64,000 bases of DNA, from positions 1-64,000 of the forward strand of contig JAQGDQ010000964.1 in NCBI GenBank assembly GCA_030141605.1. Reading direction: 5' to 3'. This DNA is from Tubiluchus corallicola. Lineage: Eukaryota > Animalia > Priapulida. Under the pieces are notes generated by a model. That model did no database searches. It worked only from the letters and a program-made list of their open reading frames with translations, and was not told where the DNA came from. Positions 15,074 through 26,686 of this stretch are shown here, piece after piece (positions within the stretch are counted from its first letter, which is position 1; every line of letters starts with the position of its first letter). A program made the translations under genes and the position numbers.

Positions 15074-15974
15074 TGTTAGTTAGACTTATAGTTGTGAGTT
15101 ATGCTGATCGCCGGTTGTGCCTAGAGGCTCTCACTGATCAGCTGAAAACGTATGTATGTTGCATTTAGCGAAAACCTACCAAAAATAAGAAAGTTGTCAA
15201 AAACTTCTATTAACTTTTAGCAAAAAAATATTGTATGCATTTACATCTTCAATTTCAATAATCGCATAATAATTAAAAAAAACTGTAATATGACCACAAA
15301 ATAGTTAAAAAGTTTTTTTGTATGCATACAGAAAATTTTCTTTGTGAGTTAAATCTCACATTATGGGAACCGGTAATTAAAAAGCCTTGACTTTCATATT
15401 TAATAGCGCAAAGATAGTTATTTAAAACTCTATAATAAACTGAAATAATTGAAAATTGAAGAATTGCAATGGTAAAATTCTCTCTGTAAATGACTCTTTT
15501 TACAGACTTTATTTTACAAACTCAAGCGTTTTCATGAAAAAACGAGGCTTTCCTATTTCTACATGTAGGTGACTATTCGATGCAAGTATGTTGTTTATAC
15601 ATGCAATTTTAGCAAACAGTACTTTTATATCTAAGAATTATAATTCATGTCCACTTGTAATTGATTAAACTATTTTTTGTGCTTTGCAGATACTTTAAAG
15701 TTTAAAGGAAGGCGGGATGATTTTTCATATACTACCCCATTTTCAACGTCCCGATAAAAAATGACACATTTTAACACAATTAATGCTGCGTAAGCATTTC
15801 TGATAATTAGATAATAGATTAAAATCTTAATTAACGACGGACGAACCTAACAATTGATCACATCACAAACCAACAAAATTTTCAACTTCAAAAATGTTCC
15901 ACGAGCGTGTTGCACGTGTTTGCGAAAATTGAAGTAAAGTGTTACTGTAAGTTATTCCGTGTGTTGTAATAAAA

Positions 15975-16270
15975 CTCGGCAAGTGTTAAGATAGAAATTC
16001 AAATTTCCGCTGTGCTCACGCATAAGCTGTCGAGCGTGTGTAGTTCTTCACAAACTAACACATCTGAACTAAGAGGTACAGCATCTGTTTTTGTCCAATG
16101 CGTTTCTGAAATGCAAGCGCTAGTGCCCGTCTAACTAGCGAATGGCAAAATGCATGTAACAGCTAACAACTAGTGGCGCGAACGTGAAATTGTGTTTGTG
16201 TGGTAATAATTCTTTCACGTAAGTCATTTTTGAAGAAAATAATATGTTTCCTTTCAATATTTTTAAAGGT
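15975..16270. repeat. Dispersed repeat, inverted copy of about 4835-5130
   Basis: For example ctaactagcgaatggcaaaatg here versus catttcgccattcgctagttag at 4950-4970. Confidence 0.6.
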
Positions 16271-16689
16271 TTTGCTTTAAGTATGCTTGATATACAGCCC
16301 CGCAGGTGAACGAATGCATGCCTTACAGAAAGAAAAATTATATGTAAGCCTATAGGCCGCCATTATAACCCCGGTACAGTAGGCTAACGATTTTAAAAGT
16401 CATAAACTTTTGGTGACAGTTGACGGCTGGACACCATGAATATTTTATTGGAACACAGTTATAGAAAACTATGCCATGTGCTGTATGTGATCATTTTACG
16501 CTTGACCTGTATCGAGTTTTTGCGTTGTGTATAAACTTTCGATGACAGCATGAGATATTTTCAACTCATTGTCAAAATAAAGTGCGTATGTATTATACGC
16601 AGCAGCTTATTTTACAAAGGTTTCTCTATGAATGCCTATACATGTTTAATATCGTATTTGGGTATCACACATTGGTGACCAGTGATGAA

Positions 16690-17045
16690 GTCACAGGAAA
16701 AAAAAGTCACGGAGAAAAGTCACGGAAAAAAGTCACGGAAAAAAAGTCACGGAAAAAGGTCACGGAAAAAAGTCACGGAAAAAAGTCTTAATTTTGGCCA
16801 GGAAAAAGTCACAATTAATTTTGACTAAGATTAGGAATAGGGTTGATGTTAGGAATAGGGTTATATTTAGGTTTAGGGTTCTAATAAGGTTTAGGGGTTA
16901 GCATTACGGCTAAATTTAGGGTTAGGGTCATTTCTTTTTTCTGGAAGCTTTTTTGTTCTTGTGGCTTCTTCTTGTGACCTTTTTGTGACTTTTTTATCTG
17001 TGATTTTTTTACCTGTGACTTTATTACCTGTATCCCTGTTACCTG
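16690..17045. mobile_element. MITE-like element with (GGAAAAAAGTCAC)n inverted ends and an internal TTAGGG-like tract; related copy at about 27965-28190
   Basis: gtcac repeats on the left, gtgac repeats on the right, degenerate ttaggg in the centre. Confidence 0.6.
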
Positions 17046-17109
17046 GATTCCACAAAACAAGCCAATGGAGTCATTCAAAGTCATTCGGCTATCAACTCTA
17101 AAATCCTTA

Positions 17110-17182
17110 AATAGATAGGCAGATCGATAGATAGTTAGGTAGAAGGTAGATAGATGGATAAATAGATAGGTAGGTAGGTAGG

Positions 17183-17279
<97 letters not shown>

Positions 17280-17585
17280 GATAGATGGATGGATGGATGG
17301 ATGGATGGATGGATGGATGGATGGATGGATGGATGGATGGATGGATGGATGGATGGATGGATGGATGGATGGGCGGGCGGGCGGGCGGGCGGGCGGGCGG
17401 GCGGACGGACGGACGGACGGACGGACGGACGGACGGACGGACGGACGGACGGACGGACGGACGGACGACAGACGGACGGGTGGGTGTGTGGTTAAGTAGG
17501 TAGGTAGGCAGGCAGGCATGCAGGTAGGTAGGTAGATAGGCATGGAGGCAGACAGACAGACAGACAGATAGACAGACAGACAGAA
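17110..17585. repeat. Compound tetranucleotide microsatellite GGTA-GATA-GGAT-GGGC-GGAC-GACA
   Basis: Direct reading. Confidence 0.95.
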
Positions 17586-18324
17586 AAGCCTTTTAAAACA
17601 GTTTCGTTGTACGCACACGCAGTTGCTCTAAGTCAAAGGTTATTTGTACCACAGCAACGAGTCTTAACTACACCCGTCACATTACATTTGGGTAAAGCCG
17701 TCATAGTTCAGTAACTCAGTTGTTTTATGTGGACTTTACTTAATTATGCATTAGTCTGTGCGTAGAATGTTTTACTTGTTTGGGAACAAGAAAAAATGAA
17801 CTAGGTAAGGTTCTAGCTAGCTGTTAAAACTGTTACTATTACAATACCATGGGCTGTGAGGCATTGTCAAGTGTACACAAATGTGTTGCCCGGTATACTT
17901 GGCCTTTGACCTTTTCACGATCATGATCAATCGCTGAAACTTTGAAAAGGCTTTAGAAACTGTGCGAAACGATAGCGCTCAGCATTGATTTAGTTCAAAG
18001 AATGGGTGCTTCGTTGAAAGACTTGGTGCGTCCTTTAATGTTGATATTTCGAGTTTTTGAAAGCATTTCATTGTCTAAACTTGTTCTAATCATTATATGG
18101 CAAAATTGGCGGCTACGGTTACTGTTACTTATAGCACAAATATTGCCGCGTACAAAAACGCGTAAGTGTAAACCTAGAAGAACGTCTGGTTGCAGTAATT
18201 AGACTTTTGTTCCACCTGTTTAAAGCACAAGAAAACCTTCCACTTACATAAAGCTTAAAAGATTTGTCTCGAAATTTTATACCACTTACATACTACCTTT
18301 TCGTATTCATGGCTTGCATTGACC

Positions 18325-18900
18325 GTAACGCTGTATAAAACGTGTAAATTTTAACTCCCGCGATGACCGTTAGGCGCAGCCATTTTAATGGTTGTTCGTT
18401 TGAAACAAGTTTAGATAACATTAGGCAAAGTTTGAAAAAATAATCAGAGCATTCGTAGTATACATGTTGCTAATTAAGCAAAATTTTAAACTACTCTACC
18501 CGGTCGATAAGATTAAAAATACGTTTTTAGTAAGTGAGTGCTGCACCCTGGAGGGTGAGTCAGCGACATTTTACCAATTTGCAGGAACATTTTAAATCAT
18601 TAGTCTAGTTACAGAAGTGTTTCCAGCAGGTAAGCGAAATGCTAAGTAATATAGATTTGCACGGAAAGTTTTTTGGATCATAATTTAACATGGTCTTTTC
18701 TTCCCTTGAGTTACGTGGCGTAGTGACGTCATGTAATGGCGCCGTCGGAACAGTATTTTGCTTGAGATTTAAAATGAAAACAAACAAAAATTCCTTTTAA
18801 CGTGAGTGTGATATGTGCATAAAATTGCTGTAAAGTAATATAATTTTTTAAGGCGATTTTTACTGAAACCTACTTCAGGTACCCCTTTTCTTGCCCCTTA
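18325..18900 (-). mobile_element. Dispersed repeat of the same family as 2655-3240; the end resembles a TTAA-type (Kolobok-like) terminus
   Basis: Colinear reverse-complement match; ends cccc-ttaa. Confidence 0.6.
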
Positions 18901-19657
18901 AGAATTAATCCTATCAACCTACAGTGAAAGGTGGAAAAACACCTACGCAGCTAGCATGCATTCCCTGTAAAGTTTGCCCCAGTAAAACAAGGTTGCGATG
19001 CGATCAGATGTACACTTCCTGCTTGTTAATGTTCGAGCAACACCATTAATTTAATAATAGAAGATTCACCAGTAATATGACAGCGATTCGTTCATAGAGC
19101 TTGCAATGAAGATCATTTGGTTGGAAAATTTTGCCATTCTGTAAATAAATGCTGTAAAAGAAAAAAATTTATTTAAAATTTTAGTTTTTTCAACGCGTTT
19201 AGTCATTTTAGTGCGTTCTAGTCAATGACAACCGCCTTGTGGTAAAACATTCTACAATTCTTTTAGACAACAAAATTCTCACAATTTTCTGCACTTCCAA
19301 AGGTGACATTTTAAATTCTTATATGATAATAACAGCACTAAGCTTATTACAAGCAGCCTAAAATGCAGTGCACATCGGTTTAGCCTGCCCACTTATCGTA
19401 GCATTGCTTATCAAAACTAGTCAATAGTAAGAAACTTACAAACTCCGTTACATGAGCCTGAAATCATTTTTCCATTAACTTTCAATGGTATCCTGCAAAA
19501 TCTTTGTAATAATAATGTAATTACCGAAAGCAAAAATTCCAAAAGATAATCTAAACAATTACGTCATTCTACGTCAAAGACAAATTTAGCAACTCGCTAC
19601 TTAATTCAGGCGGATGGGAAGATCTAATTGAAAGTTTAAATATTCTGAAGATGACAC

Positions 19658-21630
19658 TTGAAATTTCTTCGGTTAAATATCTACAAAATTCAACAGTCGA
19701 GTCGGAATTGGTCAGAAATGTTCAGGATATATTTGAACGTGCGTGCATCATCTTTTGGTAAACGTGTATTTTCGTTAACATGCTGGTTATTAGCGCAGAT
19801 GATCGTTTCAACAGCAACTGTCATTTTCAGTGCAACAAATCAAACCGAAACAAATAATTAGTACAATTATGACACTACTAACCAAGGCATAGAATAAATA
19901 GTATCATTATACAATCGCAAGAGTAAAATCTTATATAGAAGGTAATATTTTTGTGCTTTCTTTGCAGTTTTCTTAAGTCGTGATGCTTTTCCTGAGTTAT
20001 TTCTACTGTATACTAACCAGGGCACAGAATAAATAATTCCATTATACAATCACAAGAGTAAAATCTTATATAGAAGGTACTATTTTTGTGTTTTCTTTGC
20101 AGTATTCTGTACGCGTGATCCTTTTCCTGAGTTATTTCTACTGTATACTAACCAGGGCATAGAATAAATAATTCCATTATACAATCACAAGAGTAAAATC
20201 TTATCTAGAAGGTAATATTTTTGTGTTTTCTTTGCAGTATTCTGTACGCGTGATCCTTTTCCTGAGTCATTTCTACAGTATACTAACCAGGGCATAGAAT
20301 AAATAATTCCATTATACAATCACAAGAGTGAAATCTTATATAGAAGGTAATATTTTTGTGTTTTCTTTGCAGTATTCTGTACGCGTGATCCTTTTCCTGA
20401 GTTATTTCTACTGTATACTAACCAGGGCATAGAATAAATAATTCCATTATACAATCACAACAGTAAAATCTTATCTAGAAGGTAATATTTTTGTGTTTTC
20501 TTTGCAGTATTCTGTACGCGTGATCCTTTTCCTGAGTCATTTCTACAGTATACTAACCAGGGCATAGAATAAATAATTCCATTATACAATCACAAGAGTA
20601 AAATCTTATCTAGAAGGTAATATTTTTGTGTTTTCTTTGCAGTATTCTGTACGCGTGATCCTTTTCCTGAGTTATTTCTACTGTATACAAACCAGGGCAT
20701 AGAATAAATAATTCCATTATACAATCACAAGAGTGAAATCTTATATAGAAGGTAATATTTTTGTGTTTTCTTTGCAGTTTTCTTTACGCGTGATCCTTTT
20801 CCTGAGTTATTTATACTGTATACTAACAAAGGCATAGAATAAATTAAATTATTACACAATTACAAGAGTGAAAGTATACAAGTAGAAATACCTGAAGAAG
20901 AGGTTCTCGTGTAAAGAAATCTGTAAAGAAAATATAAAAATATTACCTTCTATATCAGATTTCACTCTTGTGATTGTGTAATGATATTATTTATTCTGTG
21001 CCTTGGTTAGTAGTGTCATAATTGTTCTAATTATTTGTTTCGGTTTGATTTGAAAATGACAGCTGCTGTTGAAACGATCGTCTGTACTGATAAACAACAT
21101 GTTAGTACCTAGAGACTGGCTCGTTCACGTATATATTTTCGTTATTGTGACATTCACAGTGTTTTATTCGCTTGCTGCGCTTATCATGGTCACTGCGGCT
21201 GCCATCTTTAAATATGGACGATTACTTGCGTTTACTGACTGGTTAGTTGCTAACCGGGTGTTTGAACTGGAATTTGTGTACTGCAATATACATGTGCTTT
21301 TATAACAAACACATTAACACCTTTCTGGTCAGGTTGTACCTTGCAGGCAATATAAAGTTGCCTTTCTGCAATTTATTTCGTGACAGTTTTAAAAGAGGAA
21401 TTGCTTATGACATTATTGGTCATAACCATTGATAGATTCATCGCCATTTCCCTTCCACTTCGCTATCCGATGATTGTTAAGTCGTGGCTGGTCAAGACCA
21501 CCATTATCTGCACGTGGATTTACTCTGCACTTTTGAGCAGTTGGCAGTTCTAACAATTGCATAATCTTTATTTCGGTTAGGTTTTGTCGTCATGAACTTT
21601 TGGTCAATGCCAACGTCATTCGAGCACCAC
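19658..21630 (+). pseudogene. Class A GPCR pseudogene (paralog of the two intact receptors), split by an inverted-repeat element and truncated near the start of TM5
   Basis: 21108-21630 aligns to the intact receptors (PRD..IVTFTVFYSLAALIMV..AAIFKYGRL..FTDWLVAN; ITIDRFIAISLPLRYPMIVKSWLVK), with frameshifts and a TAA at 21551. A degenerate N-terminus (ttg-KF...LNV...VFS) lies at 19658-19773, before the insertion. Confidence 0.8.
19776..21104. mobile_element. Foldback-like element with about 200-bp TIRs and an internal 135-bp tandem array
   Basis: 19776-19975 is the reverse complement of 20915-21104; 135-bp units start at 19876, 20011, 20146, 20281, 20416, 20551, 20686 and 20821. Confidence 0.8.
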
Positions 21631-22091
21631 TTCATTGTGTATGTCAAAGCTTCCTGCAATTCTATACCATGTTTTACGTTTCAGTTACGGTAACCAAATC
21701 AAACTTTAAAAGTACTAAATAGTAACATTTTCAGTACTATTAGCAATCACGTTCCTTTTATTCGTGTGATATTCAGCCGTGATATTCATTTCAGCATTCC
21801 TTTAATGGCTTTCAGAAGAATATTTTGAAACAAATGTTTGCTAACTTGAGTTACACTTATAGCTGACAAAAGATGCATTTTAGCAGTTCCATCCCCATTC
21901 ATAAACTTTGCAAGGATCTGCGTAAAAAATGTGCGCAAAGAATAAAGTTGTAACAGGAAACCGAGAAGAGGCAACTATAAAGTTTTGCTTAAAAAGTAAA
22001 TTTCACATTACTAAATGTTTAACTGAAGTGGCCGACGTATCTCACAAATTTCTCTGGAACAGTGGAATAGACTGAGGAAGCATAAGGCAGT

Positions 22092-23183
22092 ATGAAGTTT
22101 CCTCCTGCCAACTCTTCTGGGCTTGAACTTGTGCGTGAGTTGGACTACGACTTAGGACCAATCATGAACGTGTCCAATAAAAGTGGAAGTTTTTCTCCTA
22201 GAGATAATCACGGATTTTCCTCAGCTCTTATTGTAACCCTCACAGCATTTTTCTCACTGGGAGCATTCATCATGGTCTCAAACTTTGTAGTCATTGCTGC
22301 CATCTTCAGATACAAAAGACTGCACTCTTTTACCAACTGGTTTGTTGCCAATCTGGCCGTTACTGATTTCTGCACTGGCTTCTATATTTACTTGACAAAT
22401 GGGCTCGCTTTTTTCTGGTCAGGTTACAGCTCACTGACGATATACGGTTGCCTTTCTGCATTTTATTTCACGACAGTTTTACAAGTGGAATCGCTTATGA
22501 CATTATTGGTCATAACCATTGATAGATTCATCGCCATTTCCCTTCCACTTCGCTATCCGATGATTGTTAAGTCATGGCTGGTCAAGACCACTATTATCTG
22601 CACGTGGATTTATTCTGCATTTTTGAGCAGTTGGCAGTTCAAAAATTACAGGATCGTTACTTCAGGCAGGTTTTGTCGTCACGAACTTTTGGTCAATGCT
22701 AACGTCATTCGAGCAACATCTGTTCATGGTTTATTAAACATGGCAATCATGACTGCATTATACAGTAAAATCATGATGATCACCAAACGACATTTGAGAC
22801 AAATAAGATCAGATAGAACTCAGTATCACAGTTATCGTGACAGCATCAAAGCAGCAAAGCTTATGTTGTACGTTGTTGGATCTTTTATTGCCTGCTGGCT
22901 ACCCTATTCAGTTTACACAATTATTGCTGTGAATCCTGGGAGGAAACCTGTAGCAAATATTCTGAGAAGGTTTATCTACATAGTAATGTGGGCCAACTCA
23001 GCTGTCAACCCAATTATTTACTGCTGGAAGAATCTCGATTTTCGCAAAGCTATTAAAAACATTCTCACCTGTCGGTTTTCAAAGAGTTTGTACAATGCAG
23101 ATGAATACGTACAAGATACGTCAGCAACAGATAAAAACAGGGCTACGGGCAGTTCTACAAGAGATGAAAATATGAGGTACTGA
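22092..23183 (+). CDS. Intronless rhodopsin-like (class A) GPCR, orphan, adenosine/amine-receptor-like; copy A
   Basis: 363-aa ORF with 7 hydrophobic segments and the motifs NLAVTD (TM2), C3.25, IDRF, PLRY, W4.50, FIACWLPY, NSAVNPIIY and the helix-8 FRKA. N-terminal N-glycosylation sequons. Lacks the aminergic Asp3.32. Confidence 0.95.
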   Translation: MKFPPANSSGLELVRELDYDLGPIMNVSNKSGSFSPRDNHGFSSALIVTLTAFFSLGAFIMVSNFVVIAAIFRYKRLHSFTNWFVANLAVTDFCTGFYIYLTNGLAFFWSGYSSLTIYGCLSAFYFTTVLQVESLMTLLVITIDRFIAISLPLRYPMIVKSWLVKTTIICTWIYSAFLSSWQFKNYRIVTSGRFCRHELLVNANVIRATSVHGLLNMAIMTALYSKIMMITKRHLRQIRSDRTQYHSYRDSIKAAKLMLYVVGSFIACWLPYSVYTIIAVNPGRKPVANILRRFIYIVMWANSAVNPIIYCWKNLDFRKAIKNILTCRFSKSLYNADEYVQDTSATDKNRATGSSTRDENMRY

Positions 23184-25594
23184 AATCTGAGCAGAAATGT
23201 ACTAGTTCACAATCAGTCAACAGAAAAACGGTTTGTGTGTGACTGTACGTGCTATAGAATATACGTGTATGAAATAAAAAGTCAAATTCAAATTCAAAAA
23301 ATGTTTGAATAGGTAGCTGTCTGTCTAGTTTCACTTTTGACTTACTGACAAATGAATGATTGTCTAACTAATTAATTTATTAAATGAGCAACTAACATGC
23401 TGCTCATATGCTCTTTCGTATGTTAACTTACATTACACTAAGTAGGTAATTGATATGCATCGCTAACAGCTATCCAATCGACATTTTAAATGTGTAAAAA
23501 TTTGATCTTAATTTATCACGATAATTATGCTTCATCTAACTGAGAATTTGGTTGTAATTTATAAATACAATTACCGCACATAATGTATCTGCATCAATAG
23601 AAGAATGGCACTAACAGTGCTATAGTTTTCTCTTTTTGGAAAATGCAAAACTGTATTGTTGTAAATTGACTTTCTGAAAAGCCTTGACAATTTCTGAGAA
23701 GCCTGAGGCTAAATAGCTGAGTTACTCCTCTGTTTCAGTTTTGACATATCATTCCACATTGTTACTGTTCTCGCATTTGCTGACTAAAACTTGATAATGA
23801 AATACTTTATATCTGTATGAGACTGTCTCTATGGTGTAATGTTTTTTGAGAAGCCGTTATGCAGTCATTATGCCTGAAAAGTGCTTACTTCAGCTAAAAA
23901 AAACAATTCAAGTGGGTTAAAAATGACTCTTCGTCATTTTACCTTTGGTAGGAAGAGAATCTCACAAATTCCATAGCAACAGCTGATACTTCGTTTTCTA
24001 CAACGCGTATTGTTTACTTTTTATGGACGCAGAAAAGATTCTCTGTCATTTTATGGGAAACAGACCCTTCCGTGAAGAACAAAATCGTCAGCGAATTCTG
24101 TTGTCTCCGAATGGAATTTGAATGTCTGCAATGGAAGAGCTTATTTGTTAGTTGAAGATTTGCCACGAAATTTTTAATTACGAAAATATTAATAACAATT
24201 ACGAAATTTTTAAATCTCTGTTCACATGCATAATTTTGCGTTTTAGCAAGTAAGCATGTGACCAAGTTAAGCTCGTTATGAATTCCAAAAGTCATTAGCC
24301 TTAGACATTTCTATAGTTCTTAGAACTGATGCCCATGCAGCATTAGATGAATCAATTATTATAATCTTAAAGTCAAGATTGTTATTAATGATGTTACAAA
24401 TACACAATTAATTAAGTTTTCATACCAAACATGAAATGGAGGAAATGCGAAATGTTTGTATGTAGCCTGGATTTGAAGCAGAGATCTCTACATTCATTGC
24501 AATTGCCTTCACCATTGAAGTTTCGAAAACTTCCGATTCCATGGTTGATAAAAAAATTATGAACTCACCCGTTCTCTGCTTCATTTCGGTTACAAAGGCG
24601 TAGTGGAGATATTTATTATGCTTGTTAAAATTGAACTAATTATTTCTTGTTGTGAATTTAATTATTGTTGTTCTTTGTGAAAAACTGAGCATGTGAAAGA
24701 CTTTTTAAGTATGTTATAAGGATATGGTATATTGTATGCATTATGTTATTCAAAAAATGTTTCTAGAACCTAGTGCAACTGGTTTTGTTCATTATGCCAA
24801 TTTAGGTAATAATTAGTGTATGTATGATATTTAATTTGCTCTGTTTTGGTTGTTTGTTTGATTTTATCTGTTTCTACAAATTTCTGTAATAGATTTGCAG
24901 GTTTTAATCGTGAAAAAACACACAACTATTGATGGCCCAACAACCGGATCTTGCATGGCCCAGAAATCAAGAAAAACTGTTACAGTCTTCAAATAATGAT
25001 CGACCTCGCATAATTTGTTTTCTTTCATAATTAAGACGATGTGTGCCTGGACGCAATAAATAAGCAACACTCACTCTGTTTAATAAGCGAATAATCAACC
25101 AGCAAGAAATTTTCTACATGTATTTTATAATTTACATTTCTATTGAATATCTCTCCCTCTCTGCCTTTTTTCTCTCCTTCTCTCGCTTTTTCTCAACCTC
25201 TCTTTCCCTTACTCTATTTTCTCAATCTTCAAATGTAAAAGATGGCAAAATGTTCAATAATTTTAGCAACAACTTCTCGTTTCTTTTCACATCTCACCCT
25301 TGCCATTCATTTCAGCATGCTTTTAGTGCCTTTCACAATTGTATCTTAAGTCAGAATTAAGTTACAACTTAAAGCTGCCAAAAGATGCATTATAGCAGTT
25401 CCATCCCCATTCATCAGCTTTGCAAGGATCTGCGTAAAAATGTGCGCAAAGAATAAAGTTGTAACAGGAAACCGAGAAGAGGCAACTATAAAGTTTTGCT
25501 TAAAAAGTAAATTTCACATTACTAGCTGTTTAACTGAAGAGGCCTACGCATCTCAGAAATTTCTCTGGAACAGACTGAGGAAGCATAAGGCAGT

Positions 25595-26686
25595 ATGAAG
25601 TTTCCTCCTGCCAACTCTTCTGGGCTTGAACTTGTGCGTGAGTTGGACTACGACTTAGGACCAATCATGAACGTGTCCAATAAAAGTGGAAGTTTTTCTC
25701 CTAGAGATAATCACGGATTTTCCTCAGCTCTTATTGTAACCCTCACAGCATTTTTCTCACTGGGAGCATTCATCATGGTCTCAAACTTTGTTGTCATTGC
25801 TGCCATCTTCAGATACAAAAGACTGCACTCTTTTACCAACTGGTTTGTTGCCAATCTGGCCGTTACTGATTTCTGCACTGGCTTCTATATTTACTTGACA
25901 CATGGGATCGCTTTTTTCTGGTCAGGTTACAGCTCACTGACCATATACGGTTGCCTTTCTTCATTTTATTTTGTGACAGTTTTACAAGTGGAATCGCTTA
26001 TGACATTATTGGTCGTAACCATTGATAGATTCATCGCCATTTCCCTTCCACTTCGCTATCCGATGATTGTTAAGTCATGGCTGGTCAAGGCCACTATTAT
26101 CTGCACGTGGATTTATTCTGCATTTTTGAGCAGTTGGCAGTTCAAAAATTACAGGATCGTTACTTCAGGCAGGTTTTGTCGTCACGAACTTTTGGTCAAT
26201 GCTAACGTCATTCGAGCAACATCTGTTCATGGTTTATTAAACATGGCAATCATGACTGCATTATATAGTAAAATCATGATGATCACCAAACGACATTTGA
26301 GACAAATAAGATCAGATGGAACTCAGTATCACAGTTATCGTGACAGCATCAAAGCAGCAAAGCTTATGTTGTACGTTGTTGGATCTTTTATTGCCTGTTG
26401 GCTTCCTTATTCAGTTTACACAATTATTGCTGTGAATCCTGGAAGGAAACCTGTAGCAAATCTTCTGAGAAGGTTTATCTACGTAATAGTGTCTGCCAAC
26501 TCAGCTGTAAACCCAATTATTTACTGCTGGAAGAATCTCGATTTTCGCAAAGCTATTAAAAACATCGTCACCTGTCGGTTTTCAAAGAGTTTGTACAATG
26601 CGGATGAATATGTACAAGATACGTCAGCAACAGATAAAAACAGGGCTACAGCAAGTTCTACAAGAGATGAAAATATTAGGTACTGA
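25595..26686 (+). CDS. Intronless rhodopsin-like (class A) GPCR, orphan; copy B (15 aa differences from copy A)
   Basis: 363-aa ORF with the same class A motifs. Tandem duplicate 3.5 kb downstream of copy A. Confidence 0.95.
   Translation: MKFPPANSSGLELVRELDYDLGPIMNVSNKSGSFSPRDNHGFSSALIVTLTAFFSLGAFIMVSNFVVIAAIFRYKRLHSFTNWFVANLAVTDFCTGFYIYLTHGIAFFWSGYSSLTIYGCLSSFYFVTVLQVESLMTLLVVTIDRFIAISLPLRYPMIVKSWLVKATIICTWIYSAFLSSWQFKNYRIVTSGRFCRHELLVNANVIRATSVHGLLNMAIMTALYSKIMMITKRHLRQIRSDGTQYHSYRDSIKAAKLMLYVVGSFIACWLPYSVYTIIAVNPGRKPVANLLRRFIYVIVSANSAVNPIIYCWKNLDFRKAIKNIVTCRFSKSLYNADEYVQDTSATDKNRATASSTRDENIRY

Noticed and set aside
14374-15168. His-rich 260-aa ORF and overlapping Met/Ser-rich ORFs
   Set aside because: Degenerate (CAT)n microsatellite open in several frames; no gene structure.
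16881-17618. 245-aa ORF and DGWM/DGRT repeat ORFs
   Set aside because: Translations of a compound tetranucleotide microsatellite.
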